A program made the position numbers and the translations under genes. The notes under the pieces were generated by a model that was given only the letters and a program-made list of their open reading frames with translations, was not told the DNA's origin and made no database searches. A stretch of DNA of 64,000 nt from Eledone cirrhosa (Eukaryota). Within the stretch, counting starts at the first letter, position 1, and every line of letters begins with the position of its first letter. The DNA lies in contig OZ024745.1 in assembly GCA_964016885.1 (NCBI GenBank), positions 5,394,001 through 5,458,000 on the forward strand, written 5' to 3'. Below, in pieces: positions 39,994-55,637 of the stretch.

Positions 39994-42347
39994 TCATCAT
40001 CATCATCATCATCACCGTTTTACGTCCGTTCTTCCACGCTAGCATGGGTTAGACGGGTTGTCCTGTTGTGGGCAGTGTCTGGTCGGCTGACCATGCCTTG
40101 CTCATACAGGAACTGATCTGGCTTGATTTCTACAGCTGGATGCCCTTCCTAACACCAACCTCATTTACAGTGAGTGCTGGGTGCTTTTTCGTGGCGCCTA
40201 CACGTCCACTTTACAGTGTGGGCTGGGTGCTTTTTTGCCGTGGCACCTCCACGACCACCTTGCGGTGGGGGGGGGGGGGCATATTGTTTATATGCTTCAG
40301 CATGTACCCATGGGAGGTCGGGTACCCTGTATTACTGCGTGACGCCAGAAGTCACGGTCGTGTGTCATTGACTTTGAGAGGTGTAGTTGGGTAAGGTCGG
40401 CTTTTATCACCTCATCCCAAGTCATCTTGGGTCTCCCCACTCCGCAGTTTCCATCAACTTCTAGTGCTCTGCACCTTTTTATGCAGCTGTCATCCTTCAT
40501 ACGCATCACATGTCCATACCAGCGTAACCGCCTCTCCTGCACGCAGCATTTGATTCCTCTTATGCTCAGTCTCTCTCTCAATTCATTTATGCTTTGTCGT
40601 TCACGTATATTACTGTTACACATCCATCGGAGCATGCAGGCTTCGTTTCTCTCTAATCTACGTAAGTCTTCCACCTTCAGCGCCCAGGTCTCACTACCAT
40701 GCAACATCGCTGTTCGGATACACGCATCATACAGTCTGCCTTTCATTCTGAGGGAGAAGCCTTTTGCAGCTAGCAGTGGTAGTAGTTCCCTAAACTTCTT
40801 CCATCCCGTTCTTACCCTAGTTATTGTACTTTCTGAGCACCCACCTCCGTTGCTAATTCGGTCACCTAGGTAGCAGAAGCTGTCTACTGTTTCTACAGGG
40901 CCCTCCCAGAGATTGGTGGTACTTGTTTCCTGTGGCTGTTTTCTTGCTGTTTCAGCACAGCTGCTGCATGTGAATCCTACATTCTTAATTAAGCTTCCTG
41001 AGATCCCGCTACATCTCTTGTGTACCCATTGTTTGCATTTGGGGCAGAGAATGGAGTTCCTACCTACACCCTTCCTACATACTGAGCAAGGCCATTTCCC
41101 TGAGGGGATCTGGGTTCTGTTTTCTCGTCTACTTATAAGGACCTTAGTCTTTGTCATGTTGACTTTGAGGCCCTTTCTCTCTAGTCCCTGCTTCCAGGTT
41201 TGGAATTTATTCTCTAGTTCTACCATAGATTCAGCTATGAGTGCGAGGTCATCAGCATACAGGAGTTCCCATGGGCATCCGGTCTTAAACTCCTCCGTTA
41301 TTGCCTGCAGGACTATGATGAACAGGAGAGGGCTAAGAACAGAGCCCTGGTGGACCCCAACCTGTACGCTAAATTCCTCGCTATACTCATTGCCAATCCT
41401 AACTTTGCTGACTGCTCCCCTATACATGGCTTGTACCGCTTTCACAAGCCATTCATCTACTCCTAGTTTTCTAAGAGCCCACCAGATTACTGCACGTGGA
41501 ACTCTGTCAAAGGCTTTCTCAAGGTCGACAAATGCCAAGTAGAGTGGCTTACTTTTAGCTAGGTACTTTTCCTGTAATTGCCTCACAAGGAAGAGCGCAT
41601 CAGTGGTGCCTTTCCCTGGAACAAACCCAAATTGCATCTCGTCTATATTCACCCGGTCCCTAATCAGCTGTGCTATAACTCTTTCTGTTACTTTCATGAC
41701 CTGGTCCATCAACTTTATACCTCTATAGTTTCCTCTATCTAGTGCATCGCCTTTACCTTTGTAGCAGTTGACAATGATGCTACTGCACCAATCTTTTGGT
41801 ATGGCCCCCTCTAGTATTACCTGGTTAACGATACGTGTGGTTATAGTGTGACCTACAGACCCAGATGCCTTCAGCATCTCGGCAGCTATACCCGATGGAC
41901 CGGTTGCCTTCCCTATCTTCATATCTCTGATTGCCTTACTTACTACGCTGCCGCTGACTTGTACTGCTGGTCCCTCTATAGGGTCTACGTGGGGTAGGGT
42001 CTCTTCTTCCCATGCATTCTCCTCATTTAGTAATCTATCATAATGACTCTTCCATGCATCTTTCTTCTCAGCACTTGTGAGGGCAAGCTCACCTTTATCA
42101 TTCCGGATACACTTCTCTCCAATGACATCACAACTATCTCTGACACACTGCCTCGCAATCTTGAATACCTCCTGTTTCTGGTCCTCACGTTGTAAAACAT
42201 GCTTGAATTTTCTATCCTCTGCTTCCCTCCTAGCTAAGTATACTTGTCGCCTAGCTTCCCTCTTGGTCTCTATGTAATGTACCCTGCTCCCCCCGTTCTT
42301 CCATTCTTTCCATGCCTGTCTCTTGGCCTTGACTGCTTCATCTACCT
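39994..42347 (-). mobile_element. 5'-truncated RTE LINE (family RTE-A) with intact RT region
   Basis: ORF 40297-41922: NYRGIKL, QFGF, FVDLEKAFDRV, QGSVLSP, LYADD, LHGSETW; (TGA)n tail. Confidence 0.94.
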
Positions 42348-42398
42348 TATATTATATATATATATATGTATAGATATACATATATGTATATATATACA

Positions 42399-42700
<302 letters not shown>

Positions 42701-42704
42701 ATAT

Positions 42705-42763
<59 letters not shown>

Positions 42764-42799
42764 ATATTATATATATATATATTATATATATTATATATA

Positions 42800-43052
<253 letters not shown>

Positions 43053-43058
43053 ATATAC

Positions 43059-43106
<48 letters not shown>

Positions 43107-43207
43107 GTATATATATATATATGTATATATATGTATATATATATGTATATATATGTATATATATATGTATATATATATATATATGTACATATATTTATAT
43201 ATTTATG

Positions 43208-45905
43208 TATCCAGTCAGCTGCCCGATGCCCCCAGTCATGAGGGTAAATTTGAGGATAGCCTAAGTAGGATAGAAGAGGTCCTTGACAAACTGGACCAGG
43301 GTCTCAACATCCTACTGCTGGGAGACTTCAACCTACCTCCTCCCTGGAATGACGTCAATAGAACAGAGACAGACGGAATCCCTGCTGGCCCTCACACACA
43401 GGCTATTCATGGAGCAAGCAATACTCCTCCCAACAAGAGGCGAAAATGTCCTGGACCTCTGTTTTACAAACAATGAAGTGCTCATCCAAAATGTAAAGGT
43501 GACACCAAGAATTCTCTCGAATCATAACTTAGTAGAGCTAATGATATGTGGTCGAAGAGAACCAACAGAGACAAAACCACCAAGAAGCTCTGGGACGCTA
43601 TCCAGCCTTAACTTCTACAAGGCTAACTGGAAAAAGATTAAGAGTGAAATCCGGAAGCAAACATGGAGTGAAAACACCGCCACACAAGACACTAACACAC
43701 AATTTCAACACTTCATGACAACGATACACACCATATGCAAAAAGTTTGTCCCGGAGAAAGAGGCAAAGAGACACAAAAATCTTATTCCCAGAGATAGGAA
43801 AATCCTTATGAGACGTAGAACTAAACTCTCAAACCAGTTGAATAGTCAACAAAACAAAAACAAGAAGGAATCCTATTTGAAACGTGCACTACTTGACACC
43901 GAGATTGCACTCAAACTTTCACATGAGAATGAGAGGGCAAAGAAAGAGAACAGGGCCATAGAAAACATTAAAACAAACCCTAAGGCCTTCTTTAAATTTG
44001 CAAAAGAAACTGCCTCAGTACACTGCAAGATTGGGCCGCTCTTCCACACGGACGGTTCATTAACCGAAAACCCCCAAGAGATATGTGAAATACTGAACGA
44101 ACAGTACAAAAGTGTGTTCACATGTCCACTGAGGCACATGCAAATAACGAAGCCAGAGGAGTTCTTTGATGCCACAACACTACATGAAGAAATGGCAACC
44201 ATCAACCACATAGACATAATGGAGGAGGATGTGGTGTACGTCATTGATGATATTAGAACAGACTCGGCTGCTGGACCTGATGGATTCCCAGCAGTTCTCT
44301 TAAAAATATGTAAGCGGGCCTTAGCAACTCCACTGAAGATGGTCTTCAGAAGCTCCTTGGCTAGCAGTGTACTACCCAGGGAGCTGAAAGAAGGCACAAT
44401 ATGCCCTATCCATAAAGGAGTTAGTAGAGCGGAGGCCAAGAACTATAGGCCAGTCTCCCTGACGTTGCATATCAGTAAGGTCATGGAGCGAGTCGTCAGA
44501 AAGAAACTAATCACTTTCCTCGAAGAAAATGACCGCCTGACTAGCACGCAACATGGCTTCCGCCCAGGAAGAAGCTGCCTTACACAGCTGCTACATCACT
44601 ACGACTGGGTACTGAGACAACTACTAGACAGCTCACATGTGGACGTGATATATCTTGACTTTGCGAAGGCCTTTGACAAGGTCGACCACGGCATGATATG
44701 TCACAAACTACACGGACTCGGCATAACTGGAAAAGTAGGTGAGTGGCTGCATGCTTTCCTAAGGGACAGAAGCCAGGCAGTCGCAGCAAATGGGGCCCTC
44801 TCAAAGGAAACACCAATAACAAGTGGGGTGCCCCAGGGGACAGTCCTGGGACCACTACTGTTTTTGGTGGCTCTCTCAGACATGCCCTCTGTAGTACATA
44901 CAACAACATCCCTCACTAGCTATGCTGATGACACTAAGGTAGCACAGGCAATCAAAAACCCGGCTGACGCTGCCCTTTTACAGCAGGATCTGGATGCCAT
45001 ATACAGATGGGCGGAAGAAAACAACATGCAGTTTAATGCTGGCAAATTCCAAGCCCTACAATACAAACCTGCAAACACAAATATAGTGGAACACAGCTAC
45101 ACAGGACCAGGAGGGACCGATATCCCCGTGTCAAAATCGATACGAGACCTGGGCATAGACATGAGCGATGATGCATCTTTTTCTTCACACATCATGAAAG
45201 TGGCGACAATGTGCAGACGACTCGCTGGCTGGATCTTGAGGACTTTCCGGACAAGAGATCGAGACACCATGTTGACACTGTGGAGGACTTTTTTCCTAAG
45301 CCACCTGGACTACTGCTCCCAGTTGTGGTCAACCCCATAGTGTCAAACTAACCACGGAGCTTGAGGCAATCCAGCGAAGCTACACCAAGAGCATTGCCAA
45401 GATGAAGGAGACAAGCTACTGGGAGAGGCTGAAGGAACTGAACCTCTACTCCTTGGAGCGAAGACGGGAGAGATACGCAGTGATCTACACGTGGAAAATC
45501 CTGGAGGGACTAGCACCAAACTTTGGCATTGGGAGCTGGACCAACCGTCGAACAGGACGTCACTGTGTGGTGCCAAAGGTCCCGTCTTCCACATCTATAA
45601 TAAGGAGCAGGTATTGCAATAGCCTGGGATTCAAGGGCCCTCAACTCTTCAACAGGCTGCCGAGGCATCTGAGAGACTTGCATGACGTGGAGGTGGATGT
45701 CTTTAAGAAACATCTCGACACCTTGTTATCCAGGATCCCGGATGAGCCCACAGCAAGACACGAGGGAAACCTAAGGGCAGCAGCAACAAACTCCCTCTTA
45801 CACCAGTGGCCAACCTATACAGGCTGGAGATAAAATGTGTAGCAACAAGGGCGGTGCCCCAGCATGGCCTCAGCCAGATGGCTGAAACAGGTAAAAGAGT
45901 AAAAG

Positions 45906-45909
<4 letters not shown>
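43208..45909 (+). mobile_element. 5'-truncated CR1-group LINE (second family)
   Basis: Endonuclease remnant [18 protein letters not shown]; RT NYRPVSLT, YLDFAKAFD, GVPQGTVLGP, YADD, RRRERY; tail (AAAAGAGT)x2. Confidence 0.92.
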
Positions 45910-45944
<35 letters not shown>

Positions 45945-45945
45945 G

Positions 45946-46002
<57 letters not shown>

Positions 46003-46025
46003 GTATATATATTTATATATTTATG

Positions 46026-46076
<51 letters not shown>

Positions 46077-46085
46077 ATATATATG

Positions 46086-46161
<76 letters not shown>

Positions 46162-46257
46162 AATGTACATATATTTATATATATAAGTATATATATATAT
46201 ATATGTACATATATTTATATATATAAGTATATATATATATATATATATGTGTGTATA

Positions 46258-46366
<109 letters not shown>

Positions 46367-46369
46367 GTG

Positions 46370-46591
46370 TCATCATCATCATCATCATCATCATCAACGT
46401 TTAACGTCCGTGTTCCAGGCTTGCATGGGTTTGGACGGGGGTTTTCCCACTTGAGGCAAGAGTGATTGTCTTGCTCGCATAGGACTGTCTGGCGGGTTTT
46501 CTACAGCTGGATGCCCTTCCTAACACCAACCACATTTACAGTGTGGGGCTGGGAGGTTTTTACCGTGTTGCCTACACGGCCACATTACAGC

Positions 46592-46594
<3 letters not shown>
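46370..46594 (-). mobile_element. RTE-B 3' UTR stub
   Basis: Matches the 3' end of 6463-7081; (TGA)n tail. Confidence 0.8.
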
Positions 46595-46645
<51 letters not shown>

Positions 46646-46780
46646 AAGGTTTAGCAAATAATGAATTGTCCAACCAAATGCCAGTGTGTTTCAATGGCAG
46701 GTTAATAAATTAACGAGCCAGAACAAATATAAACAAGGTTTAGCAAAATATGTATATGTGTATATATATATATATATTAT

Positions 46781-46816
<36 letters not shown>

Positions 46817-47105
46817 TATATATATATATATGTATATGTATATGTATATATATATATGTATATGTATATATATATATGTATATATATATGTATATGTATA
46901 TATATATGTATATGTATATATATATGTATATGTATATATATATGTATATGTATATATATGTATATGTATATATATATATATGTATATGTATATATATGTA
47001 TATGTATATATATATGTATATGTATATATTTATGTATATATATGTATATGTATATATATATGTATATGTATATATATATGTATATGTATATATATGTATA
47101 TGTAT

Positions 47106-47140
<35 letters not shown>

Positions 47141-47347
47141 ATATATATATGTATATGTATATATATGTATATGTATATATATATGTATATGTATATATAT
47201 GTATATGTATATATATATGTATATGTATATATATGTATATGTATATATATATGTATATGTATATATTTATGTATATATATGTATATGTATATATATATGT
47301 ATATGTATATATATATGTATATATATGTATATATATATGTATATGTA

Positions 47348-47411
47348 TACTCTTTTACTCTTTTACCTGTTTCAGCCATCCGGCTGAGGCCATGCTGGGG
47401 CACCGCCCTTG
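47348..47411 (-). mobile_element. 3' terminal stub of the CR1-group family at 43208-45909
   Basis: Reverse complement of about 45846-45909. Confidence 0.85.
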
Positions 47412-47450
47412 ATATATTATATATATATGTATATATATTTATATTATATA

Positions 47451-47541
<91 letters not shown>

Positions 47542-47559
47542 ATATATTATATACATATA

Positions 47560-48378
47560 CTAGCAGTAAAGCCCGGCGTTGCTCGGGGTCGCTCAGTAGC
47601 TGTGTTAAAGTTACAATGTTAAGTTTCTTTTTTGGCTTAAAAACTGTAGTGTCTACTGTGCAGACTTGCATGTGGTGTTTTTGATTAATATTCCCTCAAC
47701 CAACAATATGCCTTATGAAGTTAAGAAAACATAACGATAACCCGAATGTTATAACAAAAGAGGATGCTGGGGATAAAAACTGCACTGGTTATTTATTAAC
47801 AAAGATCGAAAATGTAAACACTGCAACGCAGAGAAAAACATTAGCGTAACCAAATTATCAGTTATGTCTGTCTGCACGCCTATATCACCTCTCTGCACGA
47901 CTGTCTGTCTGCACGCCTGAAATATTTGCTTGTTTTACGTAGTCTTTAAATAGACTTGTTTTCAAGTAAAAATATTGTTTTAAAATGCTTTTAAATGGAA
48001 ATGAAGCAAAACGGAAGCTTAGTGTTCGAACTGATGAATTTTGCAGGTCAATATTTTGCTGGCTCGACAACTGTCTGTTCGTGTATTGTGTTAATGTCAT
48101 TTTAAACGCTGAGAAAGCCAGCGTAATTTTTTACGTAAGACGCTCAATGTAAACAGAACAAAGGGAAATAACTGATCACTTACGCTCAAAAATCGATACA
48201 TTATATTCGATTTCGTCACATAGGGTGGGTCAATTTGAAATATTTTTTTTCCGATGTCTTCGCTAGGGCTCAATGTACAAGTATAGCAATTTCGGTGCAA
48301 TTCCGTGAGAGATTCTAAGAGGAGATGTGTGCCAAAAATCGATAGACAGACAGACAACCACAGTTTTATATATATAGA
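47560..48378 (-). mobile_element. Non-autonomous Helitron
   Basis: Minus strand starts TC(TATATATATAAAA) followed by (TGTC)n, ends with hairpin CCCGAGCAACGCCGGG then CTAG; inserted between A and T with no TSD. Confidence 0.8.
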
Positions 48379-48388
48379 TATATATATG

Positions 48389-48420
<32 letters not shown>

Positions 48421-48479
48421 GTATATATTTATATATATTATATATATATGTATATATATATATACATATATATATATAT

Positions 48480-51400
48480 CTGAGCGCTCACTCCTTAGTA
48501 GAGGCCTTCGCTTCATACCCCACACTCCGCACAGCGACGAGTTCCGCATCCGAACGGAAGTCGAGCGATTCGTGCGACGCACTAAGCTACAGGCACATTT
48601 CAACCGAACGCCACCGGCTCCGGACGCCTCAGACCCGTTTCTCGCCCTGGGCCGACGACCATCTTCTTGGACGCCGGCCCCAGGGCAATTTAGCACCCTG
48701 GACGCCTTCGTCGATGCCAGCCGTAGCGCAGTAAATCGTTTCGACTTCCGCCACCGTTCCAAACGGTACAATATCTCACGGGGCGAACTCCTCGCTCTCC
48801 GCTCCCTCCGTAGCCGAGATGACATCGTCATCAAACCGGCGGACAAGGGAGGCGCCGTGGTGGTATGGCGCGCGGACCTCTACACGGCCGAAGCCCTCTT
48901 ATACCGCCCTCTACCCTCCGATCCCACCCCCCTCTACCAACAACAAGTCTCCTCCACCATCCAACACCTTATCGCCTGGTCCCTCCTCCCCCCACCGCTT
49001 CCCACCTCATCGTCCGCACCCCCCCCCCCGCACCCCCACCATCTACTTCCTCCCCAAACTCCACAAACCCGACAACCCCGGCCGCCCCATCGTCTCCGCT
49101 TGCAACTGCCCCACTGAACTCATCTCCGCCTTTCTCGACTCCATCCTCGCCCCCCTTGTCACCACCCTCCCCTCCAACATCTCTGACACCAACCACGCCC
49201 TGCGCCTTTTCGACTCCTTCACCTACCCACCCGGCCCACAGCCCTTCCTCTTCACCCTAGACATCAAGTCCCTCTATACCGTCATCCCCCACGCCGACGG
49301 CCTACGTGCCCTCAAACACTACCTCGACCTTCGCCCCTCCCCCATTCCCTCCACCCCCACCCTCCTTCGCCTCGCAGAGCTGGTCCTCACCCTCAATTGT
49401 TTCTCCTTCTCGGGTGAGTTTTACCAACAGGTCACGGGGGTAGCCATGGGTACAAGAATGGGCCCGAACTATGCCAACCTTTTTGTTGGCCATGTTGAGG
49501 CCCAAATCTTTGCCCAGTACACCGGCCCCACGCCCGAACTGTACAGTCGTTACATTGACGACTGTATCGGAGCAACGACCCTCACCCGAGAACAGCTCGA
49601 CTCCTTTCTCTCCTTCTTCTGCTCCTTCCACCTCTCCCTCCACTTCACCACCTCTATCTCCACCACCCACGTCCACTTCTTAGACATCTCCGTCGCTTTC
49701 GACCCCTCCCACCACTCCCTCGTCACCTCCACCTTCTTCAAACCCACCGACTCCCACTCTTACCTCGACTTCACCTCTTCCCACCCCACCCACACTAAAC
49801 ACTCCATTCCCTACTCCCAACTCCTCAGGATCCGCCGCCTCTGTAGCCGAGATGCTGACTTCGAGTCCCAGGCCCTTTCCCTAGTCAGCCATTTCATCCG
49901 CAGAGGTTACCCCCCTCTCTCGTCCACACCGCTCTCACCCGCGCCTGTGCTGTCCACCGCTCCACCACCCTCATCCCACGCCACCGCACACCCACCTACT
50001 GTCTCTCCTTCCCCATCACCTACCACCCCTCCACCGCACCATCCGCTGCCTCTTCCGACGCCTCCAGTCCGATCCCTCCACCTCCCACATCTTCCCAACC
50101 CCACCACTCCCCTCCTTCAAACGCGCACGCAATCTCCGCACCCTCCTCGTCCACAGCTCCCTACCCCCAAACCACGCTCTGTTCCCCCCCCCCGGTTCCT
50201 TTCCCTGTTCTAGGCCCCGCTGCAACACCTGTCCCCACATCACCAACACCACCACCTTCCAGGGTCCCAACGGCCACTCTCTCTCTGTCCGGCATGCCTT
50301 CCGCTGCACCTCCTCCAACCTAGTCTACGGGACGGGACGTCGCCTGGCGGACCGATTCACTGAGCACAACCGGGATATTCGTCTCGGTGGTAGTTCGCCC
50401 ATCGCCCGCCACTTTGGTGGCCCTGGACATTCCGCACGCCATCTCACAGTCTGTGGCCTACTCCAATGCCACGGAACACCCGCCAATCGCCTTAGAGTCG
50501 AAAAAAGAACTATCTTCATCTTACAGACCCACACTTCCCCCGGCCTGAACTCCTCACCCTTATTCCTTTAGCCTTCGACCGCCCCGCTCCCCCCACACCT
50601 ATCCCCCACTAACACCACTAACACACCCCTCCTTTTCACCGCCCACCCCACAACTAACAATACTAACACTTCCACTCCACCCCTCATCCGACCACCCTTC
50701 CCCAACTAACATACTAACATCCCTCCCTTCTTCTCTTCCTCCACCCCTCCTTATCACACGCACACACCCACCGGCACATATATACACACGCTCACACTAA
50801 ACACACACCCTACTACCACCACTAACCCTCACCCCCACACCTCCATCCCACCACCCCGCAACTAACCTCACTAACACCCCCTGACCCCAAGCACACGAAC
50901 ACACGCACCCACTTACACCACCCACCCCACACGCAACTAACATCACTATCACCCCCCAACCCCACGCACACGTACCCACACACCCTCGTACACCACCAAC
51001 TCTCCACACCCTACCACCACTAACCCCCACACACACGTGCTTTCCACCACATATTTACACCCTCAGCCTCCTGATTCCTCTCCTCCCACCCCTCTATCCA
51101 CACATGCACAGACACTCCGACCTACAACACCCCCCACACACACCTCTTCCTGAACATGCAACCCCGTTCTTCCCCCAACCCTTACTTTCACACACACACA
51201 CACACTCACACACGTACACCTACACACACACACCACCTTCAGCCCTCCCCGCTCGGACACCCCGTCTCCCTCTCCCCACTCCACCCGCCACCACCCCTAC
51301 ACACCCCACACCCTTCCACCACCTGTTTTACCCCTCTTTTAATTTCAGTTTATTTTGATCATGCTTTTATATTTAATTTTATTTCATTCCTTGTATTTTG

Positions 51401-51627
51401 ATCATGCTTTATTTTTACTTTTATTTTTAATTTCATTCGCACCGTTTCCTTTCGCTATATGTCTCTCCACCACTCCCCTACACACCCTTTGAACTCTGTT
51501 CCCACCTGAGGAAGGGCTTATGCCCGAAACGTCGTTCCCCACCACCACCCCACTCTCCAGAGCGTGAAATTAATAAACATTCGTTGTACTGCCTCTCTGT
51601 TTTGTTCCTGTTCAAATTTTTCCATTA
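48480..51627 (+). mobile_element. Penelope-like element, probably Neptune clade, frameshifted
   Basis: LSRGLRFIP, IKPADKGGAVVVW, LPKLHK..PGRPIVS, TLDIKSLYT, GVAMGTRMGP, RYIDD, SSHP..SIPYSQ; GIY-YIG remnant CTSSNLVY-GTGRRLADRFTEH lacking the YIG segment; C-rich 3' UTR. Confidence 0.9.
51504..51535 (+). ncRNA. Minimal hammerhead ribozyme in PLE 3' end
   Basis: AC-CUGAGGA-A-GGGC-UUAU-GCCC-GAAAC-GUC-GU; palindromic stem III ACGU; stem I only 2 bp locally. Confidence 0.8.
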
Positions 51628-51631
51628 TATA

Positions 51632-51680
<49 letters not shown>

Positions 51681-51901
51681 ATTATATATATATATATATT
51701 ATATATATATATTATATGTGAAAAAATGGGGAGAAGTATACTGCAGGTTGCACATGGATAACATGTTATATATATATATATATTATATATAGATATATAT
51801 ATTATATATATATTATATATATATATTATATATATATTATATATATAATATATATTATATATATATATTATATATATATATATTATATATTATATATATA
51901 T

Positions 51902-52018
<117 letters not shown>

Positions 52019-52035
52019 ATATATTATATATATAT

Positions 52036-52154
<119 letters not shown>

Positions 52155-52267
52155 ATATATTATATATATATATTATATATATATTGTATATATATATATA
52201 TATTATATATATATGTATATATATATATATATTATATATATATGTATATATATATATATATTATATA

Positions 52268-52314
<47 letters not shown>

Positions 52315-52315
52315 G

Positions 52316-52482
<167 letters not shown>

Positions 52483-52502
52483 ATATATATATATGTATAT
52501 AT

Positions 52503-54318
52503 ATAACTTTGAATAACTTTGAAATGTTTTGGCCAGTATTGGCCCAGGCCATGTCTAACTTAATAGCACCACCTGGCGAAGTCTTTCAATTCAGGATTTG
52601 GGCACCATGGCCCATTCGAGAAGAGAATTACTGTTTGCGGAGACATATCCGGGTGTGGGTGGTTTGTCCGGGATTACTTGGAGGAATTTGTCCAAAGACT
52701 TCTTGAATTTTGTGTGGTCAGTTTCTGTTTTGACGTGTCCTTGTGTGATGTTGAAGAGAGCAGGGCCGATTGAGGTGAAATAATTGTGCCGTATTGTTGT
52801 TATGAGTTGCGATTTAGATTTTTGTATGTGACGGATAGCACGGGGCCCAAGCCTTGGGTGTATCTTGAAGGCGATGCCAACATCATTTGGGCAGTGATGA
52901 TGGAACATTTTCCACATCATGCAGATAATATAACGCTCACGGCGACGTTGGAGTGAGTAAAGTTTCAGGTTTTCTAGTCGACCCCAGTAGTCAAGGTCTG
53001 ACATGCCATCTATCTTTTTCGTGATTGACCTTTGAGGAGCTTCAAGTTTCATGATACTTCTGCGGGCCATGTCAACTTTGCTGCTTATATGCGTGGCCCA
53101 GCTTATGTTGCTGTCCACGGTTACTCCCAAGTCTCTGATGTTGTTAGATGCCACGAGAGTTTCCCCGGAGGGAAGGGAGTACGGGAGTTTCAGAGCATCC
53201 TCTTTTCCAAAGTGGATCAGTTCGAATTTGTCTTCGTTCAGTAACATGTTGTTCTTTCCCGCCCATTGGGTAACAGCCAGTAGGTCTGACTGAAGGCTTA
53301 TCCGGTCATCCACGCCATTGATGACCTTTTGGAGCTTGGAATCATCAGCGAAAATTTTAATGTTGCTGTGTTTGATGATGTCAGTGATGTCATTAATATA
53401 GATGATGAAGAGAAGTGGGCCCAACACAGTGCCTTGTGGGACCCCACTACTGACTTTGGCTGGGCTGGATTTGTCTCCTTCAACTACAACATGTTGGGTT
53501 CTGTTTGACAGGAAGCTCTTGATCCACTACAGCAGCTTTCCAGTGACACCAATATTGGACAGCTTTCTCAGTAGAATGTTATGATCAACCCTGTCAAAGG
53601 CCTTGCTGAAATCAAGGTAGATAACATCAGTGTTGGAACCCTCTCCCAAGGCTCTCAAAATGTCATCAAAGTGATGCAGTAGCTGCGTCAGGCAATCCCT
53701 TCCATTACGGAATCCATGCTGGTTGGAGTTCAGCATATTGTTACTCTCAAGGAAGTGGGTCATTCGCGATCTCACCACTCTCTCAAATACCTTAATGATA
53801 TGAGAGGTGAGTGAGATTGGACGGTAATTCACGGCAAGGGATTTGTTTCCTTTTTTGAAAACTGGGACAACAGACTGGGATAGAAGGTTTTCTGGCACAT
53901 ATCCAGCATCCAGTGAGTTCCGTCACAGATTGGCAAGAGGAGATGCAAGTTGGTGTTGACACGCCTTCAAGACACAAGCAGGGAACCTATCGGGACCTAC
54001 TGCTGAATTATGCTTGATTTCCTTTATTGCCGCTAAGACATCAGGGGCGCCAAACGTTATGTCCGATAAGGTGTAATGAGGAGTAACATCGCCGATACAG
54101 CCCAGATCGGCCATAACAGGATTACTGAAAACAGAGCAGTATTGTTTCTGCAGTATCTCACCCATGGTTTTAGCATTGTCTTGAAGAGTGCCATTTTCAT
54201 CAATTAGAGGGCCAACAGTAGAGCCAGTGATTTTGTGTTTTTTTGCAAATGAAAAGAACACTTTGGGATTGAGTTTGATCTTTTCAATGGCCCAGGCCTC
54301 TTCAGCTCTTCTCTGATT
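52503..54318 (-). mobile_element. CR1-group LINE, second copy of 31603-33918 with a stop codon and a 126 bp deletion
   Basis: Collinear and highly similar; 42 codons missing between MARR and SIMK. Confidence 0.92.
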
Positions 54319-55340
54319 AGGAGTGATATAGAATGAGTAACAAGTATTATATAATGTATAATAAATAACTTTGAAATAAAGTAGAAAGATGGGTATATTT
54401 TTAAAGAAGTATATATATATATATGTGCCTTTGAGAAAAGGATTCTGAATTGATAAAGTTTAGGATATTAGCTGTATACTTTATGGAATGTTCTGTGGAA
54501 CTTATGCAAGCAGAGAGGAAACAAGTCAGTGCGTCTATTTATTATAGAATCTAAATTAGATATAATGGTAAATTTTTCATTTAGACAGAGATTGCAAGTC
54601 TTGGATAGAGAACTGTTCAAGTACAAAGCAGCAGAAGAAATCTTTTTCCAAAAGATGTTATATTTAATATTTTTGTCTTTCAAGGACCATATGAGTTCTG
54701 AGAGAGCCGTGTTGGTTCTTTTAAGTTGGTATTTAAAAGACGAATGATGGTTATAAAGACGAGCTTTAAAGGAGGTGGAAGTGGAGCCAAAATAGGTGAA
54801 GGAATTGGTGTCAGTTATAACTTTACATTCATAGATTAAGTTTTTATCAAGACAATGGTTGTTGAGAGGACATTTATTTTTAGCAGGGCAATTGCAATTG
54901 CGATTAGAGAGATTATTAACGAGTAACCTAGTGTTATCTATAGAAGGAATTGGATTGGAGAAGTTATTTGCGATAGGAATAATAGCTTTTTGATTTAGAA
55001 TGGGATTAAGAACATTTAGCGAAGTTGTGTTTGACGTTGTATTTGGGTTTGCAGAAATTAGCCTAGGGTTTACACTGACGTCGGGAGTACTATTACTATT
55101 ATTATGATATTCAGTGTTGGAAGGAAGAGATTTAGTATTTAGTATTTTATTGTTGTGTTTAGAGATAATGTTGGAAATGTTGGAGGATGTCGAATAGGAA
55201 AATTTTATAGTGTGTTTGTTAAATATTTTACTATAGATATGTGAGGGAGGGAAGCATTTAATTAAGGCACTAAAGAATAATTTAGGAATATTATTAATAA
55301 TAGAGATGGAGAAAGGAGCATTATACCAGATTATGTTTTT
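54319..55340 (-). mobile_element. Internal fragment of the Naiad-like family at 37424-39982
   Basis: KNIIWYNAP..FHKVYS closely matches ORF 37541-38968, plus about 150 bp of 3' UTR. Confidence 0.9.
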
Positions 55341-55522
55341 GCATTCACTGTAAATGAGGTTGGTGTTAGGAAGGGCATCCAGCTGTAGAAATGAAGCCAA
55401 ATCAGTTCCTGTATGAGCAAGGCATGGTCAGCCGACCAGACACTGCCCACAACAGGACAACCCGTCTAAGCCATGCTAGCGTGGAAGAACGGACGCAAAA
55501 CGGTGATCATGATGATGATGAT
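55341..55522 (+). mobile_element. RTE-A 3' UTR stub
   Basis: Reverse complement of about 2903-3082; (TGA)n tail. Confidence 0.85.
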
Positions 55523-55550
55523 ATATACATATATATATACATATATATAT

Positions 55551-55583
<33 letters not shown>

Positions 55584-55637
55584 TAAATATATATATATAT
55601 ATACATAGATATATGTATATATATATAAATATATATA

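Noticed and set aside
53050-53065. 126 bp in-frame deletion in the CR1 copy as a spliced intron
   Set aside because: Breakpoints do not fit GT-AG removal; the junction shows only short AA microhomology.
54468-55400. 310 aa ORF as an independent gene
   Set aside because: Chimera: the first 20 or so codons are antisense RTE 3' UTR fused to a PLE fragment.
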